Shown here piece by piece: positions 19,010 to 29,679 of a stretch of 64,000 nt of DNA. The notes under the pieces are model-generated. The model was not told where the DNA came from. It did no database searches and saw only the letters and a list, made by a program, of their open reading frames with translations. Position numbers and translations under genes: made by a program. Source of the DNA: an uncultured bacterium (GTDB lineage Bacteria > Krumholzibacteriota > Krumholzibacteriia > LZORAL124-64-63); assembly GCA_963732385.1 (NCBI GenBank), contig CAVSZB010000007.1, positions 641,685 to 705,684 of the forward strand. The letters run 5' to 3'. Numbering within the stretch: the first letter of the stretch is position 1; each line of letters starts with the position of its first letter.

Positions 19010-21553
19010 TCAGGCGTCGGCAACGACGATGTTCACCAGCTTGCCCGGCACCACGATCACCCTGCGGACCGGGCGACCGGCGATCAGTTCCGGTATCCGT
19101 CCGTGGCGCTGCGCGGCCGCCTCGATGCTGGCGCGATCGGCATCGACCGGGGACTCCATCTCGTCGCGAATCCGGCCGTTGATCTGCAGGACCAGCTTCA
19201 CCGTGGTGCGCAGCAGCGCCGTTTCGTCCCACTGCGGCCACGGCTGGTCGAACACGCTCGGCAGCCCGCCGAGCCGCGTCCACAACTCTTCGCCCAGGTG
19301 CGGCGCGAACGGCGCGAGCATCCGGACCAGCGCGGCGAGCGCTTCGCGGTACGCCTCATCATCCAGCCCCGCCGCGTTGCGCCCGGCGTAGGCGTAGATG
19401 GCGTTGGTCAGCTCCATCAGGCGGCTGAGCGCGGTGTTGAAATGGAACCGCTGCAGATCGACCGTGCAATGTTTGATCGACCCGTGCAGCCAGCGGCGCA
19501 ACTCGGCCCGCCGGTCGGAGAGTTCGCCCGCCGGGATCGGCGGCGGCTCGAACGGCGCATCGCCGGCCGGCGAACGCCCCTCGGCAGCCGCGTCCAGCAG
19601 CCGCCAGACCCGGTGCAGATAGCGATGGATCCCCTCGATGCCGTCGTCCTTCCAGTCGCCGCCGGCTTCGAACGCGAACCCGAACATCAGGTAGACGCGC
19701 AGCGTGTCCGTGCCGTACCGCCCGAGGTAGACCTCTGGGTTGACCACGTTGCCGCGCGACTTGGCCATCTTCTCGCCATCGCGGGTGATCAGCCCCTGGT
19801 GCACCAGTCGCTGGAACGGCTCGTCGAACGCCAGGTGACCCTGGTCATGGAGGAATTTCGTGATGAAGCGGGAGTAGATCAGATGGCCGCAGGTGTGCTC
19901 CGGGCCGCCGACGTACTGGTCCACCGGCAGCCAGGCGTTGACCAGCTCGCGGTCGAACGGCCGGTCGGCCAGATGCGGCGTAAGGTAGCGCAGGAAATAC
20001 CACGAACTGCAGACGAAGGTGTCCATCGTATCGGGGTCGCGCTGCGCCGCCCCGCCGCAGCGCGGACAGGCCACATCCATGTAGGTGGGAGAACTGGCCA
20101 GCGGCGATTTGCCGTGCGGACGGAAATCGACATCGTCCGGCAGCCGGACCGGCAGCTCCAACTCCGGCACCGGGACCATGCCGCAGGCCGGGCAGTGCAC
20201 GATCGGGATCGGCGCGCCCCAGTAGCGCTGGCGGCTGATCAGCCAGTCCCGCAGACGGTACTGCACCGTGGCGCGTCCCCGTCCCGTCGCGGCGAGATCG
20301 GCGGCGATCCTGGCCCCGCCCTCGGCGCTGGTGAGACCGTCGTAGGCGCCGGAGGCGGTCATGACGCCAGGCTCCGTGCGGGCCGCCGTCAGCGGCGCCG
20401 CGCCGTCCTCGTCCGGCCCCCGGATGACCCGTCGCACCGGCAGTCCGTGGACCGCCGCGAAAGCGAAGTCCCGCTCGTCGTGACCCGGCACCGCCATCAC
20501 AGCGCCGGTGCCATAGGAGCCGATCACGTAGTCGGCCACCCAGACCGGCACCGCTTCGCCGTTGATCGGGTTGACGGCCACCGCGCCGGTGGCCACCCCG
20601 GTCTTCTCCCGGGTCGTGCTCGTGCGATCGATCTCGCTCAGCAGCGCGGCGCGCCGGGCGTACTCCGCCACGGCCTCCCGGCGCGACGACTCCGTCAGCG
20701 CGGCGACCAGCGGGTGCTCCGGCGCGAGCACCACGTAGGTGACCCCGAACAGCGTGTCCGGGCGGGTGGTGAACACCTGCAGCGGCGCCGCCCCGTCGGG
20801 GAGGGGGTCGAAACCGCTCGGCAACGCCTCCTGCAGGCTCGCGGCCGGCACGCCAAAGACGATCTCCGCCCCTTCGCTCCGTCCGATCCAGTTGATCTGG
20901 CGCTTCTTCGTCTCGGCCGGCCAGTCTATCCGATCGAGCCCCTCGATCAGGCGATCCGCGTAGTCGGTGATGCGGAAGCACCACTGCGTGAGCTTGCGCC
21001 GTGCGACGAGGCTCTGGCAACGCCAGCAGGCCCCCTCCTCCACCTGTTCGTTGGCCAGCACCGTCTGGCAGGAGTCGCACCAGTTGACCGGCATCTCGGC
21101 GCGATAGGCCAGCCCGGCGGCGTACAGCTGCAGGAAGAGCCACTGGTTCCACTTGTAGTACTCGGGACGGTGCGTGGCGATCTCGTGGTCGAAATCGTAC
21201 ATCGCCCCCATCGCCCGCAACTGTTCGCGGATGAAGGTGATGTTCTCCTCGGTGTGCCGCCCGGGCTGCACGCCGGTCTTGATCGCGAAATTCTCGGCCG
21301 GCAGCCCGAAACTGTCGTAGCCGATCGGCTCGAAGACGCGCGCCCCCTGCATGCGCCGGAACCGCGCCCAGGTATCTGCCGGCACGAAGTTGAACCAATG
21401 CCCCAGATGCAGCTTGTCCCCGGAGGGGTAGAGGAACATCACCAGGCAGTAGCACTTGTGCGCGGCGCGCGTGAGGTCCGTCCGGTGGAGACCGTCCATC
21501 TCCCAGCGCTGGCGCCAGCGGCTTTCGACCTCGGCGAAATTGTACTCGGCCAT
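19010..21553 (-). CDS. leuS: Leucine--tRNA ligase
   Basis: The HLGH (HIGH-class) and KMAKSRGN (KMSKS) motifs, CP1 editing region and MAEYNFAEVESRW N-terminus are present. The start is an ATG at 21553. Confidence 0.95.
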   Translation of the reverse strand: MAEYNFAEVESRWRQRWEMDGLHRTDLTRAAHKCYCLVMFLYPSGDKLHLGHWFNFVPADTWARFRRMQGARVFEPIGYDSFGLPAENFAIKTGVQPGRHTEENITFIREQLRAMGAMYDFDHEIATHRPEYYKWNQWLFLQLYAAGLAYRAEMPVNWCDSCQTVLANEQVEEGACWRCQSLVARRKLTQWCFRITDYADRLIEGLDRIDWPAETKKRQINWIGRSEGAEIVFGVPAASLQEALPSGFDPLPDGAAPLQVFTTRPDTLFGVTYVVLAPEHPLVAALTESSRREAVAEYARRAALLSEIDRTSTTREKTGVATGAVAVNPINGEAVPVWVADYVIGSYGTGAVMAVPGHDERDFAFAAVHGLPVRRVIRGPDEDGAAPLTAARTEPGVMTASGAYDGLTSAEGGARIAADLAATGRGRATVQYRLRDWLISRQRYWGAPIPIVHCPACGMVPVPELELPVRLPDDVDFRPHGKSPLASSPTYMDVACPRCGGAAQRDPDTMDTFVCSSWYFLRYLTPHLADRPFDRELVNAWLPVDQYVGGPEHTCGHLIYSRFITKFLHDQGHLAFDEPFQRLVHQGLITRDGEKMAKSRGNVVNPEVYLGRYGTDTLRVYLMFGFAFEAGGDWKDDGIEGIHRYLHRVWRLLDAAAEGRSPAGDAPFEPPPIPAGELSDRRAELRRWLHGSIKHCTVDLQRFHFNTALSRLMELTNAIYAYAGRNAAGLDDEAYREALAALVRMLAPFAPHLGEELWTRLGGLPSVFDQPWPQWDETALLRTTVKLVLQINGRIRDEMESPVDADRASIEAAAQRHGRIPELIAGRPVRRVIVVPGKLVNIVVADA

Positions 21554-21645
21554 GCTGTCCTTCCGGTCGGGCGACACCTGATAGCCGTCGCGCCGATCCC
21601 CGCACGGTCAGAAAACTGTAAAGGGATGGGGCTGGGCGGTCGATT

Positions 21646-22662
21646 TTGGGAGTGCGCGATGGCGCAACGATAACCGCATTCCGGCCCCCGTTCCAGCGCG
21701 AATTCATCGCCGCGGGGCACCAAGGACGGCGCGTGTCCAGGATCAGGCTCGACGGTTACGCCGAAACGGTTCGTTCCGGCGCGCCGGTCGCCACGGCATC
21801 GCCCGTAGCGACCCTCGCGGGGGAGTACGGCGCGCGCGACATCGAACAGGCGATCCGCCGCCTGCCGCCGCTGCCGACCACCCTGGGCGACCTGGTCGAC
21901 AAGCTGAACAATCCCGACTCGAGCATTAGCGACATCACGTCGCGCATCCGCACCGATCCGTCGCTCACGACGCGCCTGCTGAGGATGGCCAACAGCGCCT
22001 TCTACGGCGCGCGCTCCTACATCACGGAAGTGGAGCGGGCCGTGATCGTGCTCGGGTTCCGCACCACGCGCAACCTGGTCGCGGCCGCCGCCGTGGCCAG
22101 CCATTTCTGCTCTTTCCAGAACATCCACAGCTTCTCCGCTCAGGGCATGTATCGGCACTCCCTGGCGACGGCTGTCTTCTGCCAGATGATCGCCTTGCGC
22201 GCCAACATCGGCGGGCTGACGCCGGAGGAGTACTTCGTTGCGGGGCTCCTGCACGATATCGGACGCATCCCCCTCGCTCAGCACTACAAACGCCACCGCC
22301 CACAGTTCGAGGAGACGCCCCACGACGTGGCGGCACAGCACGCGCTGGAGAGGGAACTGTTCGGGATCGACCATGCCGCCGTCGGCGGGATGGTGGCTGA
22401 GCACTGGAAACTGCCGGAAATGTACCGCGAAATCATCACCGGGCATCACGATGCGACAGCGCTCGCCGCCAGCCGTTTCACAGCGCTGGTGGCGCTGGGC
22501 GACCGCTGGGTGAACGCCCAGGGCATCGGCCGCAGCGAACCGTTCGACACCCTGGGCGAGGCGGCGGATCTGGCGGTCCGCGCCGGCGTGGAGACCGCTC
22601 TGATCGAGGAGATCGCGCCGGAACTTCGCAAGGAACTCGAACTCTATCTGACGGCCATGTAG
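21646..22662 (+). CDS. HDOD domain signalling protein
   Basis: Motifs LPPLPTTLGDLVDKLNNPDSSISDITSRIRTDPSLTTRLLRMANSAFYG and LLHDIGRIPLA (HD-related output domain) are present. The true start may be later, a GTG near 21730. Confidence 0.8.
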   Translation: MGVRDGATITAFRPPFQREFIAAGHQGRRVSRIRLDGYAETVRSGAPVATASPVATLAGEYGARDIEQAIRRLPPLPTTLGDLVDKLNNPDSSISDITSRIRTDPSLTTRLLRMANSAFYGARSYITEVERAVIVLGFRTTRNLVAAAAVASHFCSFQNIHSFSAQGMYRHSLATAVFCQMIALRANIGGLTPEEYFVAGLLHDIGRIPLAQHYKRHRPQFEETPHDVAAQHALERELFGIDHAAVGGMVAEHWKLPEMYREIITGHHDATALAASRFTALVALGDRWVNAQGIGRSEPFDTLGEAADLAVRAGVETALIEEIAPELRKELELYLTAM

Positions 22663-22677
22663 AGCCGTCCCGGGGCC

Positions 22678-24471
22678 ATGAACGAAACATCCGTCCGCGA
22701 AAAGATTCACACCGTCCCCCTCCCTGGCGCCGCGCTGCGCCGTCTCGGCGAGGCGCTCGGGCTGAAACCGCACTATGAAGCGCTCGACCGGCTGCTCGCC
22801 GAGCAGTTCGGCGTCGCGCGCTGGATCAACTGTCTGGTGGGCGATGACGGGGCGCCGCTGCCGGTGGCCTCCGCAACGCCCGGCGCCAAACCGGACGCGC
22901 GCGAGGTCGAACTGCTCGACCCTTCCGCGGTGCGGGGGCGCAGCCTCCTGCCGGGCGTGGCGCTCGACGCGCTGCCCAGCGGGCCCTTCACCCTTCCCCC
23001 GGCGGCCCGCCCTTACCAGGCCGGTCTCGCCTACCGCTTCCGCCACCGGACGCTCGGCGTGCTGCTCGTGGAGATGAACGCCGACGCGGCCCCGACCCCG
23101 GAATTGCTGACCACGCTGGCCGCGCTGGTGGAGGAGGCGTTCGCACCCCTCTGCTTCCGTGAGCACACGATCGAGCAGGTTTTCCAGGAGAAGGCTCTCT
23201 TCAGCGCAAAGCTGGAGTACCTCGGCGAGATGGGACGACTGGCGGGGGATCTCGACCTCAAGGTCCTGCTCAACAAGATCATGGAACTGACCATGGAGTT
23301 CGCGGGGGCCGAAGTCGGTTCGCTGGTGCTGATCGAGGACGAACAGCCGCAGACCAGACTGGACTGGGGCCTGCCGCACGAGGCGCTGCTCTCGCTCACC
23401 GACCGAGACGGCGAACCGCTCATTTTCCAGACCATCGGTCGGTCCGAGCCGCTCTGGCTAGAGGCGGGCGAATTCCTGGTCCCGCCGCAGATGCCCTACC
23501 GCTTCCAGCGCCTGGCGATCCTGCCGCTGCGCACGCGCGACAGCTGGCTGGGCGCGGTTTGTCTCGTCACCTCCAGCCCGAGCGCCGCCTTCCATCCCGG
23601 CAAGCTCGACGGCCTCAGCGCCGGAATCAGTCTCGCGGCGACGGCCCTCGACAACGGGCGTCTGTTCCAGGTCAAGCTAGAGCGCCAGCGCGAGATGCGG
23701 AACATGGAGATCGCGAGCGACATCCAGAAGGCGCTGCTCCCACGCGCGATTCCCGACCTGCAGGGGGTGGCGGTCGTCGGCACGAACGTCGCGGCGCGGA
23801 TGATCGGCGGCGACTACTACGACTTCTTCCCCTTCCCGGACGGCAGCCTCGGCCTGATCGTGGCCGACGTCGCCGGCAAGGGAGTGGCGGCCTCGCTCAT
23901 CATGACCTCCACGCGCATGCTGATCCGCAGCATCGCCGGGCCCGACGTCACCGTAGAGGAAGTGATCCGTCGCACCAACCTGATGCTGCAGGCCGAGGCG
24001 TGCGGCGGCCAGTTCGTCACCGCAAACTACGTGCGCATCGATCCCCACCGGCTGGTCATGGAGATCTGCACCGCCGGTCACGAGCCGGTCATCGTCTACC
24101 GACCCGGCGAGTCGCGGTTCCTGTTCGCCGAAAGCCGCGCGCTGCCGCTCGGCATCACCCCCGACGCGGTCTACACCCGCGAGGTCATCCCGCTGGCGCC
24201 GGGCGATCTCGTGTTTCTCTATACCGACGGCATCAACGAAGCGATGAACAAGGAGCGGGAGCAGTTCGGAATCGGTCGTCTGCAGGAGACGATCCGGGGT
24301 GCCTATCCCGACACGATCGAAGCGGTCATGAACACGATCCTTACCGCCGTGGACTGGCACAGCGCCGGCATGCCGCGCCATGACGACACAACCATCGTCG
24401 TGGCGCAGGTGCGTCCCGACGCGCCCCTGGACCCGAGAGGAGGCGTTGTCTCAGACAACGAAAAACCATGA
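22678..24471 (+). CDS. GAF-domain PP2C-family (SpoIIE/RsbU-like) serine phosphatase
   Basis: The C-terminal PP2C block DIQKALLP...GGDYYDFF...GLIVADVAGKGVAASLIM...LYTDGINEA is present. The N-terminal 350 aa look like GAF domains. Confidence 0.85.
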   Translation: MNETSVREKIHTVPLPGAALRRLGEALGLKPHYEALDRLLAEQFGVARWINCLVGDDGAPLPVASATPGAKPDAREVELLDPSAVRGRSLLPGVALDALPSGPFTLPPAARPYQAGLAYRFRHRTLGVLLVEMNADAAPTPELLTTLAALVEEAFAPLCFREHTIEQVFQEKALFSAKLEYLGEMGRLAGDLDLKVLLNKIMELTMEFAGAEVGSLVLIEDEQPQTRLDWGLPHEALLSLTDRDGEPLIFQTIGRSEPLWLEAGEFLVPPQMPYRFQRLAILPLRTRDSWLGAVCLVTSSPSAAFHPGKLDGLSAGISLAATALDNGRLFQVKLERQREMRNMEIASDIQKALLPRAIPDLQGVAVVGTNVAARMIGGDYYDFFPFPDGSLGLIVADVAGKGVAASLIMTSTRMLIRSIAGPDVTVEEVIRRTNLMLQAEACGGQFVTANYVRIDPHRLVMEICTAGHEPVIVYRPGESRFLFAESRALPLGITPDAVYTREVIPLAPGDLVFLYTDGINEAMNKEREQFGIGRLQETIRGAYPDTIEAVMNTILTAVDWHSAGMPRHDDTTIVVAQVRPDAPLDPRGGVVSDNEKP

Positions 24472-24815
24472 CGACTTCCGCCACCGCAGAAGCCATCCAC
24501 GTGCTCGATCCCACCGATCACATCGACATCGGCAATGCGTTCGAATTCCGGGCCTCCCTGCAGGAAATGCTGGCCCGCGGCAAAACCAGGGTCGTGATCA
24601 ACCTGGCAGCCGTGCAGTACATCGACAGCGCCGGCCTGAGCGCCCTGATGGCCGTCGTGCACAGCTTCACGGCCGGCGGCGGCGCCGTCCGGCTCTGCGG
24701 CGCGCAGCCGGCGGTGCTGAAGATCCTGCAGTTGACGCGACTCGACGAGTACCTGCCGCTCGACACCACGATCGAGGAGTCGCGGGCGCGTCTCGCGCCG
24801 GACCCGAACGCATAG
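24468..24815 (+). CDS. STAS-domain anti-sigma-factor antagonist (SpoIIAA/RsbV-like)
   Basis: A 115-aa protein with the phosphorylatable Ser region VQYIDSAGLSALMAV. The ATGA overlaps the phosphatase gene. Confidence 0.85.
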   Translation: MTTSATAEAIHVLDPTDHIDIGNAFEFRASLQEMLARGKTRVVINLAAVQYIDSAGLSALMAVVHSFTAGGGAVRLCGAQPAVLKILQLTRLDEYLPLDTTIEESRARLAPDPNA

Positions 24816-24835
24816 GCGATCGCCGGCCCGGTCCC

Positions 24836-27800
24836 TCAGCGCGCCACCACGACGCGCCCCCTGAGCACCCCGCCCGGGTGCGTCAGGACCACCAGGTAGG
24901 CGCCGGCCGCCACGGGGCGGCCGTCGTCGCCGCGAGCATCCCAGGCGAGAACCCCCGTTTCCGCCAGATTCCCCGTGGCCAGCCGCCGGACGCGCCGGCC
25001 GCGCAGATCGTACACTTCCAGACACCGCGGACCGTTGGCCGGGATGCCGCGCCAGGCCACGCGCAGACGACCGGCCGCGGGGTTGGGCGAGACCGTGAGC
25101 ACACCGCGCGACAATACGACCGGCCCTGCGGTCCCGGTCGGAGCGGACTCGGAGAGTGGGCAGGCGCCGCTGTTGCGTCCGTCACCGCGGACGCCGACCC
25201 AGTTCGCGCCCTCGCCGCGGGGAAGCGCCCCCACCTGCGCGGTCAACGCGGCACCGACCGCGGTTACGCGGACCCAGCCGGTCCCGTCCCGGGTCGACAT
25301 CAGAGCTGCGCCAAGACCGGGCGGCACCACTGCGAGCGGCCCGCCCACGGCCTGGGGGGACCGCTCCGCGCCCACGATTCCTGTCCCCTCCGTCAGCCAG
25401 CCGAGACAGGCTCCCCTCAGATTCGGGGTGCCGGCGATTAGTTCCTCCCAGCCGATCCCCGCCAAAAACTGCGGTTCCGGCGCCGACGACCCGTTGCTGT
25501 TCCAGGCGAGCGGCGCCGGCAGCAGGGTCCAGCGAGGCTGCAGATTGCCATCGGACGTGAACCCCTTCACCAGCACGCCCGCCAGCGGCGTGGCGCTGAC
25601 CAGCCCGTCGGCCGACAGACAGATCGAGGCCAGCCGCCAGCGCAGGGAATCGTGCGCGACCCCGGTGACATAGAGCCCCTGCACGACCACCCGGGGCCCC
25701 CCCCGACCGTCTCACGATAGACGGCCGGATCGGACAGTGACAGCCAGCGTCCACCGTCGGGCGCCTGGGCCTCGGCACCGTCGCCCGCCGCGGCGACCCC
25801 GTTCCCCCGCAGAATCCGGAACACGACTTCGCGCTGCTCCAGCCCGGCCGGATGCACGAGCACGATCTCGTGCCGGCCATCACCGTCGCGGTCCGCCAGC
25901 ACCGGGGCACGCAGTCCGGACACCGCCAGTGTGACCGGCCAGCCCGGCAGCAGTCCGGCATCGCCCGCAACCGTGATCCGCCCGCTGGGAAATGCGACCA
26001 CATACTCTTCGCCCGGCTCTCCGTCGAGCTGTCCTACTGCGGGGGGGAGCGGCTCCGTGCCATCAAGCGCGAGCGTCGCCACGATTGCGCCGGCCGGCGT
26101 CACCCGCTTCAGGATTCCGGTCGGGCTGACGACCGCGACCTCACGCCCGCCGTCGAACCGCTCCCGACCGACCGGCGCCGTGAGCGGGACATTCGCGGAA
26201 GCCGCGTCGACAACCATGTAACTGCCGGAGGCGCCCAGCAGGTAAAGCTTGCCGAACGCCGAGGCGACCGCGATTTCGTCACCCGGCAGAGCGTCGAGAT
26301 TCCAGACCAGCGGCGCCGTGAGAGGACCCTGCAGATTCGTGGGGAGGAAGATGGAGACCGGCCAGCCGACGCGCTCGTGCCCCGTTCCGTCGAGCGCGTG
26401 CACCAATCGGGCCTGTGGATCGATCGTGGCCGCCCCGGTGCAGATGAGCGTGGGCGTGCCGGTCGCCCCGAGAACGCCGGCGACCGGCCAGCCAGCCAGA
26501 CCGCCACCGAGGGTGGCGGACCAGGCCGGGTCGGTCGATTCCGCCGGGTCGGTCAGGGTGATGGTGACGCGTCCGGTGCCTGACAGCCTTTTCACCACCA
26601 CGAAACAGAAGCCCTGTTCCGGAGTCCGGAAGCTGCCCAGCTCCCGCCCACCCATGCCAGCCGCGTCGACCCGGATCGACGGCAGCCCCTCACCCGGGTC
26701 GAGCAGACGGCGGATATCGTGGATCTCGAGCCCCACGTCGAGACCAACCGAAGGCACCGCCTCCACCACGCACTGCCGGTCCGGCTGCAGGGACAGCCGC
26801 CGCGCCACGCTCCGCCGCCCCGCGGTGCCACCGAGCGAATCGACGGCCGAGCCCCCGCCCGGCAACGGCGCCAGAAGCGCCTCGATGGCGGCCGGCACCT
26901 GGAGCAGCCCCCAGCCCCGCACGCTGTCGGGCACGGCCAGCCAGGGCGCTAGCGCCAGCCGCGCCGCGCCGTCTGGCGTCTCGGACACCAGCACCGGCGC
27001 GGCGGTTCCGCGCAGCAGGGCCGAAACCAGATCGCCGACAACCGCACCTTCGTCGGGCCACCCCTCCTTGCGCAGTGCCTCCAACACGAGGAACTCCCCC
27101 GCCGCCACGTGGGCCGCCGCGAGCGAGGTGCCTCGCCGTTCCGACGTGCTGTCATCGGGCTCATTGTCGGTCGTGCAAATGCCGCCGGCCGCCTGCAGCA
27201 CGCCGCCGCCGGGAGCCACGAGATCAGGCTTCCTGTCTGGCGGCAGACCGTGTCCGCTCGTGCCGGCGAGTTCGCCGGCATCATTGACCGCCCCCACACC
27301 GACCACCGATGGCAGCCGGGCCGGGTAGCCGGGCGGCAATATGGCGCCTCCGTTACCCATAGCCGCCACGACCAGGATGCCGGCGGCGCGCAACTCGTCC
27401 ATCGCCGCGCCAAGGCCGAGATCGAGGTCCCAGTTGACCGCGCAGAGCGCGACCCGCACCCGGCACTGCGCGCGGTGATCCAGCAGCCAGGCGCAGGCGG
27501 CCAGGAAATCCCCCTGCCACTGACGCCACACGCCGTCGAAGTCATAGAACTTGACGATCGTCAGCCGGCCCGAGGGGGCCAGACCGCGATACCGTACGTC
27601 GAGTTCGCCTGCTCCGGCGACGACTCCCGCCAGGGCCGTGCCGTGCCAGTGGTAATCCCACGGTCCGGCGGCGAGCGGGAAATCATCCGTAACGTCGTGC
27701 CAGCCGACCACTTTGTATTCGAGGAACAGGGGCCACCCGAACTCTGCGGAGCTCCAGTCGAGGGCATCCCCGACGAGGGGCGGCGGACCATCGCGGTTGT

Positions 27801-28467
27801 CGTGCGAGAAATCGCCGAGATCGTCGTGCGCCGTATCGCAGCCGGAGTCGAGGATCGCAACCGAAGCTGTCCAGTCCCCTTCCAAACGCCACTGCCCCGC
27901 GCGGGCCAACGACACTCCGCAAAGCACGCTGCTCCGATCCAGCGCCGGCGTGCCGTCCCGGTCCAGCACCAGCCGGCCCGAGAGGGGCGCCGCAAGCAGC
28001 GCCCGCAGACCGACCGGATCGACCGCCAGCGCCTCCACGCCGCCGAACCGCGACAACCGGTGCAGCACCCGCACCACGCCGCCCGCCGCGCGGGCGTCCG
28101 CCGCTGCCGTCGCCACGCCCTCCGCGTTTCCGCCGAGCCGCAGCAGACGCAACTCGCCCCGTGCCAGCGGCCCGGGTGCGGGGAGGGGGACATGGGCCGG
28201 CCAATGACCCAGCTTCGCGGCAGGATCCTCCTGGTCGGCACTGGCGCGCGCGACCAGTTCAGCCCAGCCGGCGCGACCCGCACCCCAGTCGTCGAGCAGA
28301 TCCTCGACTCCGTTATCGTCAAGATCGAGCGGACCGGCAGACGCCGCCCAAGCGGGACGACCCTCTCCATCCATCAGACAGCAGGCGACGAGCAGGCAGA
28401 GGGAAAGCGCGACTCCCGGGCTCGGCGGCACCCGAAGTCGCCGGACTGCCCGCCTTTGGTATGACAT
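24836..28467 (-). pseudogene. Subtilisin-like S8 peptidase with T9SS (Por) C-terminal sorting domain, interrupted by a frameshift in a G8 homopolymer
   Basis: The 985-aa ORF (25567..28524) has a signal peptide plus the S8 motifs HGTALAGVVAG and GTSLAAAHVAG. A 284-aa ORF in a different frame (24836..25690) continues it and ends in a T9SS CTD (LEVYDLRGRRVRRL...WDARGDDGRPVAAGAYLVVL). Both frames are open only across 25570..25711, which contains the C8 run 25697..25704. This could equally be a sequencing error or a phase-variable tract. Confidence 0.7.
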
Positions 28468-28619
28468 CGGCACCCTCCGGGGTCGGCTGCGGGGGGGACG
28501 GTCTGCGCCGGCGAATGCGGCCAAACCTTTTTGAACCTACGGTCACCCCCGGTCGTCTGTCAACGCGGGGCCACCGCCGTCCTGCGGCGCGGAGCCGCCG
28601 TGTGACGGCCCGACGCGCT

Positions 28620-28988
28620 TCACCGGACCCCAGCGAAATGTTCGAGGCGGCAACCGCGCCCCTCCCCCTCGAAGGTGATCGCCACGACATCGAAGCGGAA
28701 ACTGCGACTTCCATCGCCGCCCCGCTCCGCCAGGAATGCCGCGGCCAGGCGGCGCAGGCGCGCCATTTTCGCGGGCGTGACCGCCTCCTCGGGCCGACCG
28801 CAGGCATTTCCGCGGCGCGTCTTGACCTCCACGAATACGAGCAGATCGTCCCGACGCAGTACGAGATCGATCTCCCCATGGCGGGTGCGATGACGGTGCG
28901 CCACGAGGCGATAGCCGCACGCTTCGAGATGGAGGCGGGCCCATTCCTCGCCCAGTCGCCCGAGCGCGGCGGGTGCGACGCCAGGCAC
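28620..28988 (-). CDS. yraN: YraN-family (UPF0102) endonuclease
   Basis: Motifs GEEWARLHLEACGYRLVAHRHR and GEIDLVLRRDDLLVFVEVKTRR (PD-(D/E)xK) are present. The GTG start at 28988 lies 5 nt after AAGGAG. Confidence 0.8.
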   Translation of the reverse strand: MPGVAPAALGRLGEEWARLHLEACGYRLVAHRHRTRHGEIDLVLRRDDLLVFVEVKTRRGNACGRPEEAVTPAKMARLRRLAAAFLAERGGDGSRSFRFDVVAITFEGEGRGCRLEHFAGVR

Positions 28989-29013
28989 GGCGTCTCCTTG
29001 CCGGGAGGTCGGT

Positions 29014-29679
29014 TCAGTCGGCGGCGGCGCTGTCCCAGAGCAGACCCTGGGCCAGTTCGCTGACCGGGCGGTAGGAACGGCGATGCAGCAGGCAGGGGCC
29101 GAGACGGCGCAGCGCGGCGCGATGCTCGGCGGATCCATAGCCTTTGTGGGAGGCGAAGCCGTAGCCGGGCAGACGCGCGTCCCATGCGCGCATGAGACGG
29201 TCGCGGGTGACCTTGGCCACCACCGAGGCGGCCGCCACGGCGGCGCTGCGTCCGTCGCCGCGCACCAGCGTTTCGCCCCGGCACGGCAGATCCGGCAACT
29301 GGAGCCCGTCCACGAGGACCAGGTCTGGAGACGGCGCGACGCGCGCCACGGCGCGCGCCATGGCCTGCAGCGTGGCACCCAGGATGTTGAGGCGATCGAT
29401 CTCGGCGGGGGACACCGCACAGGCGCGCCAGGCGAGGGCGCCGGCGCAAATCGCCCGGAAGATTGCTTCCCGACGTTCGGCGCCCAGGCGCTTGGAGTCG
29501 TCGAGACCGTCTGGCGCCCAGCCGGGAGGCAGGACCACCGCCGCCGCCACGACGGGGCCGGCCCAGCAGCCGCGCCCCGCCTCGTCGACGCCGGCGAGTC
29601 TCAGCCTGCCGTCCAACGACCGCTCGCGGTCGAACGCGATCAGGCTGCCCACCACCCCGCGGGACGAGCCGCCGCTCAC
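29014..29679 (-). CDS. rnhB: Ribonuclease HII
   Basis: Motifs AGVDEAGRG and DDSKRL are present. Confidence 0.9.
   Translation of the reverse strand: MSGGSSRGVVGSLIAFDRERSLDGRLRLAGVDEAGRGCWAGPVVAAAVVLPPGWAPDGLDDSKRLGAERREAIFRAICAGALAWRACAVSPAEIDRLNILGATLQAMARAVARVAPSPDLVLVDGLQLPDLPCRGETLVRGDGRSAAVAAASVVAKVTRDRLMRAWDARLPGYGFASHKGYGSAEHRAALRRLGPCLLHRRSYRPVSELAQGLLWDSAAAD

Noticed and set aside
18989-21707. 894-aa plus ORF and 620-aa minus ORF overlapping leuS
   Set aside because: These are the antisense strand and an alternate frame of leuS, whose own frame carries the HIGH and KMSKS motifs.
24380-25441. 353-aa plus ORF
   Set aside because: It runs through the STAS gene in a wrong frame and is antisense to the subtilase CTD. 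It has no motifs.
28549-28554. Perfect TTGACA hexamer 85 nt upstream of the subtilase start as a sigma-70 promoter
   Set aside because: There is no acceptable -10 at 17+/-1 nt. FCB-group promoters use a different consensus, so the call is unsupported.
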